Assembly (NCBI GenBank): GCA_907165135.1
Contig: OU015568.1
Span: 14,074,001 to 14,138,000 of the forward strand
From: Oikopleura dioica
Taxonomy: Eukaryota > Animalia > Chordata
DNA: 64,000 nt
Reading direction: 5' to 3'
A program made the position numbers and the translations under genes. Below, one piece after another: positions 26,001 through 41,973 of this stretch. The notes under the pieces are model-generated. The model saw only the letters and a program-made list of their open reading frames with translations, was not told where the DNA came from and searched no databases. Every line of letters begins with the position of its first letter. The first letter of the stretch is position 1.

Positions 26001-29000
26001 CCTGGAATTTCCTCAAATTAAGAAAAAACCCGGCACACCGTATCTTCTATCAAGCTAAAGCTAAATTAATTGGTCGATGCGGCACAAACTGTAGTTCATT
26101 TAAATACCGTGTTTGACATCTAAGTAGTCGCCTTCAAACATCGCTTTTCGGTGTTTATTTGCGTTCAAGCAATAATTTGACTTGATTTAATTATCAAGCA
26201 GTAGCCATGTCAATGAGCTGTCAGGAAAGAATCCTCTGGAGCATGAACAGGAGCTGTCACGCACATTTTGGATTTGGCGAAATTTTAATTTCAAAAATCC
26301 TGTCCGGTGATATATTGACATTTTGCTTGAGCCACTCGAGCGAGACCCGTGATTTTCCAAGAGAAGCGGAACTCATCAAGCCGCTCTAGTAAGCCCCTAA
26401 TCTACAGTTGTGACATCATCCTCTTTCGCCTACTTCCAAGAAAAAGGGGGAGGGAGTGAGCCAAGTATTTGCCGAGTAGAAATCCGGGTCGCCGCTATTG
26501 TAAATTAATAGGACTCAAAGCCGGGAGCAAATTTACGGTTCGGTCTCGGCCAAACAATCAAATTCACAAATCAGACATCAACAACGACTTTCTTGGCGAC
26601 AGGTTTACTGAGTTGCTGATGCCTTGGGATTTGACGATCAAGCCGATTTGTCGCTGCTCTTCTTTCATCTTCGTTTTCTTGGAGATTAGCTGTCTTACTT
26701 TTACTTTGCTTCAATTGCGAAAAAAGAAAGATCAAAATTCTGACTAGTTAAATTTTGTAGCGACATAAACTTACCGCATTTTTATCACTCGTATTAAAAA
26801 CGGTTAACAACTAAAAACTCTCTTGGAACTAAAGATGAACAAAAAAACAAAGCCACATTATTAATAGATTTAATAGAGCGACGGGAAATAGTTTGATCTC
26901 AAAACAACTCTTTTGTATAGTCTAAATATGAAGAAGACTTTCGCAAAATACGCCCAGGCGAGGTTTTAGTATTTATGGTGGCTAATACCGCGGGATTACG
27001 GACCGCGAAAAGATAAGAACACGATGTATTCTGCAGACCAAGGGATTTTGAATGTCTTGGTACTAGCTAACTACTGACTCGAAAATCATGCGACCCAGGG
27101 AAGTCATTCTTACGTCACGGAACTCGCCGCTACCTGTAATTTGGGCGTGATTAGGTGCATCAAGGTGATGTTCCAACGTAATCACCGGATACGCGTTTTC
27201 CTCGAAGTGAACTTTGTTGGGTGGTTTATTCAATATCCACCGCGATAGAGGTTGACATTTCGCATAAACCACCCGTTGGGTGCTCAATGTGCCAGACTGA
27301 AAAATTGAAGAGCAACCTCTCGACGGTGCTCCACAGAGTGTTATCTGGTGCAGTCATATGGTCGGGATAGAAATCCGCGTGGCTTCTTTTTGGCGGAGTA
27401 TTTATGGTGTCCAGGAAAGGGATAATTTCTTTAGCTTTAGTTCTAATTATAATAGGGCGTATCTTATTTTGGCTGAAGTACTTCGGATTTGACTCGTTTT
27501 CGGGCGATAAAAATAGGTTTAGCGAAGATAGTCTTACTAAAAATTATCTAATAGCTTTACGAAGAAATGCTCTATTGACCGAGTTCTTTCAAAAATGCAA
27601 GAAAAGTTACGATAGAGTGGTGAATTTAGAATTCCGCTCTGGCAAAAGGTTCACAGATGCGTGGCTGTAAAGACGCGCCAAGAATCCGCCTGAGTCTGCA
27701 TTCAGCAATGCTGCATGCAGCGATAACAACGTCAAGCTCGATGCTGGAATTTGTTTGACATAAAAATGAAAAACGTGAAATGCGATAAGCTAATTGCTTA
27801 TTCTTCAATTACGAGAAAAGAGTCTAACTAATTGACGGGACTAGTTCTGTTGTTGACAGCAGTAAGTCAAAGCTATGGTAGAAAGCAGAGGACTATCTGT
27901 AGAAAACGGTTTTTTATACCGAGTTTTTGATAAAAACCTGGAAATTGAACACCAAGTAATTGACGTAGCTCGGGTAGAGTATATTGGTGGAGGATAGTGG
28001 AAATGAATAGACCACGTGATAAATTGAAAAATAGTCTTATGGTGCGTCAATATTCTTGAGTGCCTGTATAGTTTTGATGAAATTCAGAGTGATTGAAGTC
28101 AGGAAGCAATGTTTAATTAGATACTATGGACCTAACCCATCCTTTAGTTTGGTTATCTTTTTTTGCCTCCAAAATACTGTATGCAATAAGCTCTTGTTGG
28201 TAAATTCCCCCTTATTGAAGTAAAACAAGCTTCTGAAAAGAAGAAATTAAAATTAATTGAATTTCACGGCGGTACGTCTCGCGGAAATCGGATGTCTTTG
28301 AAAGCCATCTGGTGCGGGAACCATTAGGTGGTGGATCGATGCTGCACCTCTTCTTTTTCCCTTCCATATGGGTAATTTTGACTGTACGGGTATTGCCGCG
28401 CTAATTTGATTTTTATTACAGTCTGTCAGTAAGTGTCAAAATTGGCGGCCAGATTGCGGAAGTTAAGGCTTATAAATATATATCGAGAGACTTTAAAATA
28501 GGCCTCTTAAAACCTAGAAGTACTCGACTCTAAAATTAGCGGTGAGTAGGCCACAGATTCGAAACCGAAATCTTAGATAATTCGGCACCCTCCATACGAG
28601 TCCAAGTTGGATTAGCTGGTGAGTGCGCCTTTCTAATCTACCATAATGGGGTGTCTATCACGTGTTCATCTGGTCGCTTTAGGTTCCTGATGATTAGCTC
28701 GTTACTACATCAGCTAACTGGAATCAGGCGCCACGCGGTGATTCTTCTAGCTCAATTTTTCTATGAGTCAGAAACCAAGGCAAAGAAACTCTTTCCTACA
28801 ATCATTTATATGAAGGATATTAAAATAAACTTATAATCGGGTATTTGAGAAAATTCAATACACATAATACCTTAATTTTTTCGATTTTATGGTTTCTTTT
28901 TATTCTTTTTCTTTCTGGAAACCCTTAATTTTAAGAGTCAAGGGCTCTGTGCACCTACATATGCAAGAGCAAAGTGAAACTGTTGTCGGGAGATAATAGA

Positions 29001-30400
29001 CTAACTTCTAACGGGGGACTTCACCCATGTTGCATATATATTACCGCTTCAAAAATGTGCATCTGGCTATTTTGAATATTGAATATATTCCGCCAGAAAG
29101 TCAAGCACCACACATCATTTTTTTTTTCAAAAGTTAGCAACGTGGCTTCCCGAGAATCGCTCTCTCAAAAGAGAACTATCTAAAAAGTGAGTTTGCAGTA
29201 TCAGCTGAGTGAGTGGAGATACTCCTCTCTTCAGGAAATAATAATTCCTTCCGGAAGTGGATCTTGGCACCCTGTCAAGCGCCGAAATCCTCATTTTGGA
29301 GGTCAAATGTAGAAAAAAAAACGAGGCAGCAAATCTTCCGGTGTGCAGATACTCGCCGCCGCTAACATAGCCTCATGAAGTGTCAACAATGGACGCGTGC
29401 CCAGAGCGGCCCAAGACGGAGAAGTTATTGGTCGCCAAAGCCGGGAGAATCGGACAATACGGTATAGAAAACGAACATCCTACGGCAAAAATCGCAGGCT
29501 AAATGCCAGAATAGCAAATTTACAACGATGAAAACAGTGTCGTCTCCCAGCCAGATCGGAAGCTCAAAGGTCTGAAGCGACCAGCTGATCTCTCAAATAA
29601 AAGCACGAAAATGCTAGAATGACTTAACAGCTCGTGAGAATTTATCAATTTCCGGAAGGCCTTTTCGTCGGATGTGAGCACAAATGAACACGCGGTTGTA
29701 TATTCTGCAGCGCAGAAGGACAAATGTCAGAAGATTGAGAATTTAGCATCATCAATTTTTTATATTAGTTAAGTTCTGGCCATTTTCGAAACTCAATTTC
29801 ATGATTACTGGAATTCTCACGTGCGTTTTGGCCCAAAAATGAATTTTTGTAGAATTTCTATTTGAAGAAAATACTTGAGACGTCACATGATGACTGGATT
29901 GAGAAAGGTTGATTCAAAACAAATTTGCGCGGGCTTGACGAATGTCAAAATATCACGCAATTATGAGGCTCATAATCTGCGATTGCGTGGATTACTAAAT
30001 CAACAGTGAGGAAATCAAGGCAAATTTAGTCATGTGAAGGTTTATTCTAGCTCGCCAGGCTGTCATGTGTTTCCATGACGCTGTTGATGTCCTATCTTTC
30101 CAGCTGTGGATTATCCCAATTCGACTAGATCTGTGTTTTTACGATGATAATGAAGCGAAAGATTTGTTGTTTCTGGCAGGTCAAGATTTATCAAACAAGG
30201 AGAAACGCTCGTGGAAATCTCACTGACAGCTACCTGATCTTTCGGAAATTCCACAATAAAAATCAAGGAAGACTAACTTGGGTGGTCGATGCTGAATCCA
30301 GATCTTGTTAATATTTCTATCCGTTGTTATTAAACGAGGCTTAAAATGACCATATATTCGGAAGAAACAATTGTCTAAGAAATCTCTTCAAATAATCGGT
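17100..30400. promoter_or_regulatory. Large non-coding, probably cis-regulatory block between the orphan gene 5' end and the CaMKII 3' end
   Basis: No convincing spliced ORF in ~13 kb of an otherwise compact region. Many TTTATGG/CCATAAA, ETS-type (C)CGGAAGT, CACGTG and CTGTCA motifs. Confidence 0.45.
21553..21625 (+). tRNA. tRNA-Lys, anticodon UUU
   Basis: GCCCGGT/ATCGGGC acceptor stem, AGCTCAGTCGGTAGAGC D-arm, TTGGA-CTTTTAA-TCCAA anticodon arm, GTGGG-TTCGAGT-CCCAC T-arm, and a TTTTT Pol III terminator at 21630. Confidence 0.97.
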
Positions 30401-30681
30401 CCTTATTGCCGTAGCATTATAAAGTGGGTTTACGGAAATCTAAAATACGGACTGACAGATATCTGCTTCAGACTTTTGGCTTTCCCATGTAGCTATTTTT
30501 AAAACATGAAAGAGAAATATTATTATACCAGCTTTAAGTTTATACTCAAGTTCATGATCATTGATCTTCGTATTTTGACAGGTAAGCCGATGAAAACAGC
30601 TGCTGAGGTGATCAAATGACATTCGAGTTCGATTATCTTTCGAAAAAGAGAAACTTAAAATTGCATGAAGACACCCGAGGT

Positions 30682-35352
<4,671 letters not shown>

Positions 35353-36201
35353 AGCTGTCGAACCTGATATTTGTTGTTATTTAAGATATTTAATAAAATG
35401 GAGTATTCCTATTATTTCTTTTTGATAAAATAAGGGTATCACATTCTAAATTCTGCGCGCAAATTTAGCTTGAAATTCGGGCTCAATTATTGTTTTCGTT
35501 TCAAAAAAATCACTTGACTTGAAAAATTGAGAAAAATTTTAGAGGAAAAATAAAGATGCCACTTGTCACGTGTCTATAGCCTTGACTTAGGACTTTTAAC
35601 AAGCTCAAAGTGCCCTGTCTACAGCTCTTGTTCCTTCCGGTGATAATTCTCACAAGTTTCCCCTCCTTTCCCGCAATAAAGATTTATTATCCAGTAATGG
35701 TCCTTTTTTCAAACATGATTGGAATAAGTTTGTAAATTATAACCTTGAGTTCGATTTGAATCGTTGGCTTTGGACTCTGATTTTCGGCTTCGCTTACTAC
35801 CGAAGCGTAAGAATTTCATCTTTGTCTGTATATTTCGCCACTTCCATTGATTTCTTGTCACTGATTTCTCCTATTCTCCACGTGAGCCGAAATCATGGAT
35901 AGATCAAAATTCAAACACTCGAATTTTCGAAGAATTGTTTGATTTTTAATTTCTATCCCGTTTCTTTAAGATTTTTTTCTCTTTCAGAAAAATAGTCTTC
36001 CCTTTTTTCGCGTTTTCTTTGGCTGTCAGATACACAAGAGCGTCCCTGGATTTTTGGCTCACTGGATCTTTATCTACCAGTTGCTTGATATATCTAGCCG
36101 TGCCAATAATAACTCATTGCTCAGTACATCTCTGACCCCCTCTCCTATCTTTCTCTCTTTGGTTGATCCAAAGTAGTGAGCCACACTTTCGAGCAGCTCA
36201 C

Positions 36202-36340
36202 CTTTTATTAACCTTGAGGGAAAAATACACAAAGTAAATTTGTGTTTATTTCAATCTCACTGAGAGGAGAAGCGTGAGAGACTAGTTGCCTACTCACGGG
36301 AGAGAGAGAGAGTCGAGAGAAAGAATATAGCGAGAAGAAC
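36202..36340 (-). promoter_or_regulatory. Candidate CaMKII non-coding first exons / promoter
   Basis: An acceptor lies at 35364-35365 just upstream of the ATG. Strong minus-strand donors (GTGAGC after 36202, GTGAGT after 36298) sit next to a TC-rich tract. Confidence 0.35.
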
Positions 36341-37288
36341 AGGCCTTATTCTGTTGTGAAAATCTGGTAGAGAGCAATTAATTATGAAAACGATATGACA
36401 ACGAGTTCGTGTCTGATCTCGCCAAAGAATAACTTGCTTACAAAGAAGCCAAAGATCGATAACTACAGAAAACGCATATCGAATCTTCATTAAAACATAC
36501 GGAAAGATATCAAAATATCTCACTCTATTACAGTAATTATTTTCTGTAGTGATCTTACGAAGCTCGTTATGCGCTCTTTTCTCTCGATAATTTTGCTCTT
36601 TCCTTGCCTAATTATCTCAATTTTACAAAAAGAAAAAGAAAAAAAAACGTTACGATTTGGCGGGTACGATTATTGCGTCTCTGCCAAGAAAGACTTGACC
36701 CCGGAGTGACTTGATTTAAAGCCTCAAATTTCGTTAAATAATGCTCGAGATTCGACGCACGCAGCTTCTGAATCTGTCCACTCTTGACTCCCATAACGTT
36801 ATTTCAACCAAACGACGTGCATTTCGGGATATTCTCGAGGAAACAAAATATGAGAATTTTCTAATATAAAAATTCTTGATGAACAAGATAGAATATCCTG
36901 CGCTTCAAAAACACATTAAACCCAATTTGAAGTTCGCTTTACGAGCAAAAATGCAATAAAAAGCGAACCAAGTTCAATATATGATTTTATCCTTTTCATT
37001 TGCGTTTTTTCATTGTTTATTGATGATGAGATAATTTGCGTCCATTCTAATAGCTGTGATGAGCATTTGTCGGATTTAATTTGTTCGGATAATTTTTTTA
37101 AATAAAATTAATATATTTTCTGTGCGAAACTAATTTAGTACCTCTTTCTTTTGCAATGAACATGGCCTTGACGAATGTTTTTAGCTTCATTCCAGTTTAT
37201 AAACTTTTCCCGCTTCTCTCATAATAATTTGTTCAAATTTGGCTAGTGACAGCGGAAGCGAGTTAATTTTGTATCTAGGCGGTGGTAA

Positions 37289-38638
37289 AGAGAGGCGATT
37301 TTCTGGCAGTTAGATTTTCTGGCAGTTAGACTTTCTGGCAAAGGCGATTTTCTGGCACTGCCAGAAAATCTAACTTCCAGAAAATCGCCTTTGCCAGAAA
37401 GTCTAACTGCCAGAAAGTCTAACTGCCAGAAAATCGCCTCTTTTGATTTTGAATCTACAGTTAATGATCCTGGAAGGTAAAAAACGGAGAGGGTTTTCGA
37501 CAGTACCACCAATTTTTCTTACACGTTTTTTAAAATTCATTGACAAAAGCCACTTTTGACCCATTTATTCAAGATTATTGGCTGTAGCAAACATAAATCA
37601 GCTTCTTCCGGGAATTTTTGTGTTAAACACCAGGTGTTATTTGCATCTGATTTCGAGTACTTGGTCACAGTGGGCACCCACTGAGATAATGGCGCACGCT
37701 AATGCTTTTTGAAACTGAACTTGTTATAAAGCTCTCCAGAAAATTCTTCCTTAGGTGGTGAAATCGCCTTTATAGGATGGATATTATTTGAAATTCTGCA
37801 AGAAACTCTTAATAATAATCATTATATAAATTCGAAAAACTGGTGATTATCACACAAATTTCATTTCGGAGCAGTTTCAGCAGGAGTTTGCACCTTTCGA
37901 CGCGAGCGTTTGATCTAAAAGCCGACTATTCAGGGCGCTAAAAAAGACTACGAATTGGGAATTGAAATTTCTGCGCTAAAAATAGAATGAGGGTAGCATC
38001 CGCAGTTCGTTCTAGCTGTTTTCGGAGTGACAAACGGGTTCACAGGCAGCTGAAAAGTTAGATTTTGATTTTTTTGAGAAAATGGAGAAGAAAAAGGAAG
38101 AAAAATCGTATAGAAAAATATTGAAAATGACAGCGATTCCACCACCTTCTGAGAAAGAATTTTCAGGAGAGTTTTATAAAAAGTTCAGTTTTAAAAAGCA
38201 TGAGCGTGCGCCATTATCTCAGTGGGTGCTGTCTCACGGCCACGCGTGGAAATGAGTAGCCAATCATATGCCCGGATCCATGATTTCACTCAATCACAGA
38301 CAGGCAAAAGCGTAGGCAAAATCGACCACCCTGTTAACGGGTTAACACAAAAATTCCCGGAAGAAGCTGATTTATGTTTGCTACAGCCAATTATCTTGAA
38401 TAAATGGGTCAAAAATGGCTTTTGTCAATGAATTTTTATAAAACATGTAAGAAAAAATTGGTGGTACTGTCGTACTTTTTACCTTCCAGGATCACTAACT
38501 GTAGATTCAAAATCAAAAGAGGCGATTTTCTGGAAATTAGATTTTCTGGCATATTATATTTTCTGGCAGTGCCAGAAAATCGCCTTTGCCAGAAAGTCTA
38601 ACTGCCAGAAAGTCTAACTGCCAGAAAATCGCCTCTCT
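37289..38638. mobile_element. 1.35-kb non-autonomous foldback element with ~480-bp inverted arms, Mutator-like by TSD
   Basis: Termini AGAGAGGCGATTTTCTGG / CCAGAAAATCGCCTCTCT and 9-bp TSD CGGTGGTAA (37280-37288, 38639-38647). Arms span about 37289-37767 and 38133-38638. No transposase ORF. Confidence 0.92.
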
Positions 38639-39249
38639 CGGTGGTAAAGTGGCAAATTTGACGGTCAAACAAAACCGCTCAATCGCGCCCGCCGAGCGAT
38701 GATTTTTCTCTTCTATGTCTTTTTTTTTGTTTTTGGAGTTTCCTCTTTGATTTTCAAAGAGCAAGGCTAATTATAAGATGAAGCCCCCGAGGAGCTGTTC
38801 ATATTAATGCAAATCAATATCTCACAATTCGAATTCGTTCTTCCGAGAAATAAACAAATGGAAAAATGAATTTATTAAGAAAATTTACCTTTGACCTCGT
38901 TGGTAAATGTCTTCATGATTCTTTTCATTTTGAGTGTTTTTTAAATTCGCTCTCTTTTTCTTTTACATTATTTTCAGAAAATCATGATTATGGAAAAACA
39001 GTGACCAATGCGCTGATTATTTTTTGTTCTGGCCCGGGGCGCGTTTCAAACAACGAGAACGCGCAGGCAACACTGGGATGAATTTTTCATGAAGTGGATG
39101 AAGCCAGCTAATGCATCAGCTGAGCCACCTATGGGCACGCAACTTCACAAACATACTCTACGATTTAAGTTTCAATTTCAACGCGATGCGCTCCCGAGCT
39201 CCACCTATCGCTTTACTGAACATCAAACGCAAACTGTACAGTGTACACT

Positions 39250-40197
39250 CAGGGGTCTGGATTCGCTTTGCGAATTCGCTCATGAGCGAAGCGAAACGAA
39301 TTCGCTTCGCTTCGCTTTCGCTTTTTGTTATTTCAATTCGCTTCGCTTCGCTTTCGCTTTTTACCAAAAATTTTCGCGAAAATTTCGCTCAAAAGAAATC
39401 TTTCCAGGAATTGAAAACTTCGCCTTTTTTGCTTAGCTTTAGTTTAAACTCAAGTGGAAATTTTGCTGAATGAGCTAAGTTGGCACTTGTAAAAGCTGAG
39501 CTCAGAGAAGTTTTACTGTTTTTAAAGTAGACAATATTCTGAGCTGCGCTGAGCTGAGCTGTCCTTCACAAAAATCATTGAGCTGAGCTGACTCTTCAAA
39601 TTCATTCAGTTAATTTGAGCAAGGCAGTCAATATTAAAAATGATTGACCTGAGCTGAGCCACACAGCCTCTTCAGCTCACTAATCTCAGAAAATTTGCAA
39701 TTTGAAAAATCGGAGAGGGAGTCCGAATGGAGTGGTCTCCATTTTCCTGAGTCGCCGTTTGCCCAAGATCTCTGTTTGTCCAACTTGAGGAATCGGCGAA
39801 TTGGACAAACGGCGATGTATTATAATTTAAATCGATTGATCTTATAACTTCATATATTGGCCTCCCGACAATCAATCCTGACATCACCATCTTCAATCCC
39901 GGCTTCAAAAATTTCGATCCTTGCTTTTCAGACGTCAATCAATCTTGGCATCTCCAGCACCGATCCGGGCGTCACTAATAAAAATGAAACCATACATAAA
40001 ATGGACACTTTTTCAAAGGTTAAATATTTCCGGAAAATTTTCGCATTTTTTCGCTTTTTAGAAAAATTTTTCGCTTCGCTTCGCTTTCGCTCACGAAATT
40101 TTCATTCGCTTCGCTTCGCTTTCGCTTTTAATTTTTGAAAAATTTTCGCTTTCGCTTCGCTTTCGCTTTTCATTTTTGGCCAAAATCCAGACCCCTG
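39250..40197. mobile_element. 948-bp non-autonomous TIR element with subterminal (TTCGC/TTTCGC)n arrays
   Basis: TIR CAGGGGTCTGGATT / AATCCAGACCCCTG and 7-bp direct repeat GTACACT at 39243-39249 and 40198-40204. Confidence 0.88.
39451..39703. mobile_element. Degenerate (GAGCT)n-type MITE copy nested in the 39250-40197 element
   Basis: CTGAGCTGAG arrays. The ends resemble AGTTGCAAATTT / AAATTTGCAA of the 40891-41525 copy. Confidence 0.55.
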
Positions 40198-40387
40198 GTA
40201 CACTACGATGTCAACGAATAAAGTTTACATTACTCCCATTATTTCTAGAAATATCTAGTTCGTAATGAGCTTTTGCGAACACTATAAAATCGTTGTTTTA
40301 GTTGATTTATGTTAATTTATCAAGATTTCTGTTAAAAGATCATTCTTCCACAGTTTTAACATTAAGTCTCTCATCAGTGAAAGTAAT

Positions 40388-41973
40388 ATAACGTACCCCC
40401 CCCCCTAGCTCGCTCACATTTTGTGAACATTTTTCCCTTTTTCGCTTAGTTAAACTCCAACAAGACCCCCCTTGGTCGCTCGCTTTTTGTTACCAAGATC
40501 CGTTGGTCGCTTTCCTTCTTTTGCATTCTACGACCCCTTGGTCGCCCTCCTTGGTTTCGACGGCGCACCTTTGCTCGCCCGCCTTTCTCCGTCATTTATC
40601 CCTTGTTCGCTCCTGAAGCCCCGCGAGAACGCTCTATAAGGCGTAGCTCATTTTCTTTTTCACTTTTAAAAGGCTTTTTAACTCGTAGAATGGTCTCAAA
40701 ATTCGATTTTCATGATTTTTTCCAAGCAAACAATTTTTTTATGCTATTTCACGTCCATTTTGTCAAATTTTCATATCTTCTTAATAAGAAGAAATTTGGA
40801 CACTCCATTTTAAGTAAACATAAGTACTCGAAATACATGGATTGAAACTTTGAGACTGTTTTTATAAAAAAATCTAATGTCATTTTCCTCGAGAGTTGCA
40901 AATTTTGATTAATTTTTCCGAGCTGAGCTGAGCTGAGCTGACCTGCGAAAAAATTTCTCTGAGCTGAGCTGAGCTGAGCTGGCCTACTTCGGAGGTTTCT
41001 GAGCTGAGCTGAGCTGAGCTGGCCTTTTTGAGAGGTCATTGAGCTGAGCTGAGCAGACCTTTTGTTTAAGAGAGTTGAGCTGAGCTGAGCGGACCCTAAT
41101 TAGAGCTGAGCTGAGCTGTTTTTACTGTTTTTGGTAGTAAAATTGTATTCAAATCATTGAGCTGAGCTGAGCTTAGCTAAGTGATAATCGTCTGAGCTGA
41201 GCTGAGCAGAGCAGAACAGATCATGTTCGAAAATAATGGAGCTGAGCTGAGCGGACCCTAATTAGAGCTGAGCTGAGCTGTTTTTTACTGTTTTTGGTAG
41301 TAAAATTGTATTCAAATCATTGAGCTGAGCTGAGCTTAGCTAAGTGATAATCGTCTGAGCTGAGCTGAGCAGAGCAGAACAGATCATGTTCGAAAATAAT
41401 GGAGCTGAGCTGAGCTGAGCTGAGTGAAAATTGTCTGAGCTGAGCTGAGCAGATCAGATCATTTTCCAAAATCACTGAGCTGAGCGACTGCTCAGCTCAC
41501 TCAGCTCAGCAAATTTGCAACTCTGGAACCAGTGTCAACATGAAGATTCGACTATTTTGAGTATAAATGTACATATAAAGTCAAACTATCAAGTTTACGG
41601 CATAATACAGCGTTGCTACAAGATATAAAAATTTAACTGGACGCTTTAAAAAGAGGAAATGAAGTTTAGTTACTGTTAAAATATTCATGAAAATGAAAAT
41701 ATAGTTCCCTATGAAAAGCTTGAGTCGAAAGTACAGTAAGAGCTGTAAGAGCGACCCAAGCCGAGCTAGGCTTTGGCGGTCTCGCGGCGAACAAGGGATA
41801 AATGGGTGAGGAGGAGCGAACAAGGGCGCGCGAGGTAAAAAGAAGGATAGCGACTAATGGAGCGCGCTGAAACAAGAATGAGAGCGAGCAAGGGGACTTT
41901 GATAAAATTTAACTAAGCGAGCAAGGGAAAAATGCTCACAAAATGTGAGCGAGCTAGGGGGGGGGTACGTTAT
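40388..41973. mobile_element. ~1.6-kb non-autonomous element with ~240-bp degenerate TIRs
   Basis: ATAACGTAC(C)nTAGCTCGCTCACATTTTGTGA at 40388 is mirrored at 41973, with repeated CCTTGNTCGC motifs in both arms. The TSD is ambiguous (compatible with TA). Confidence 0.85.
40891..41525. mobile_element. (GAGCT)n-rich MITE nested in the 40388-41973 element, with an internal ~162-bp tandem duplication
   Basis: TIR (G/C)AGAGTTGCAAATTT. The duplicated unit starts GGACCCTAATTAG at 41091 and 41253. No clean TSD. Confidence 0.8.

Noticed and set aside
17679-30622. Scattered 60-138 aa ORFs in the non-coding block as transposon or viral genes
   Set aside because: No RT, integrase, transposase or capsid motifs, no consistent strand, and no phased exon chain.
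37291-41510. Regular short repeat arrays (TTTCTGGCA, TTCGC, GAGCT) that could be taken for CRISPR or satellite arrays, and the ORFs crossing them
   Set aside because: No unique spacers or cas genes in a eukaryotic context. The arrays lie within TIR elements and the ORFs are repeat translations.
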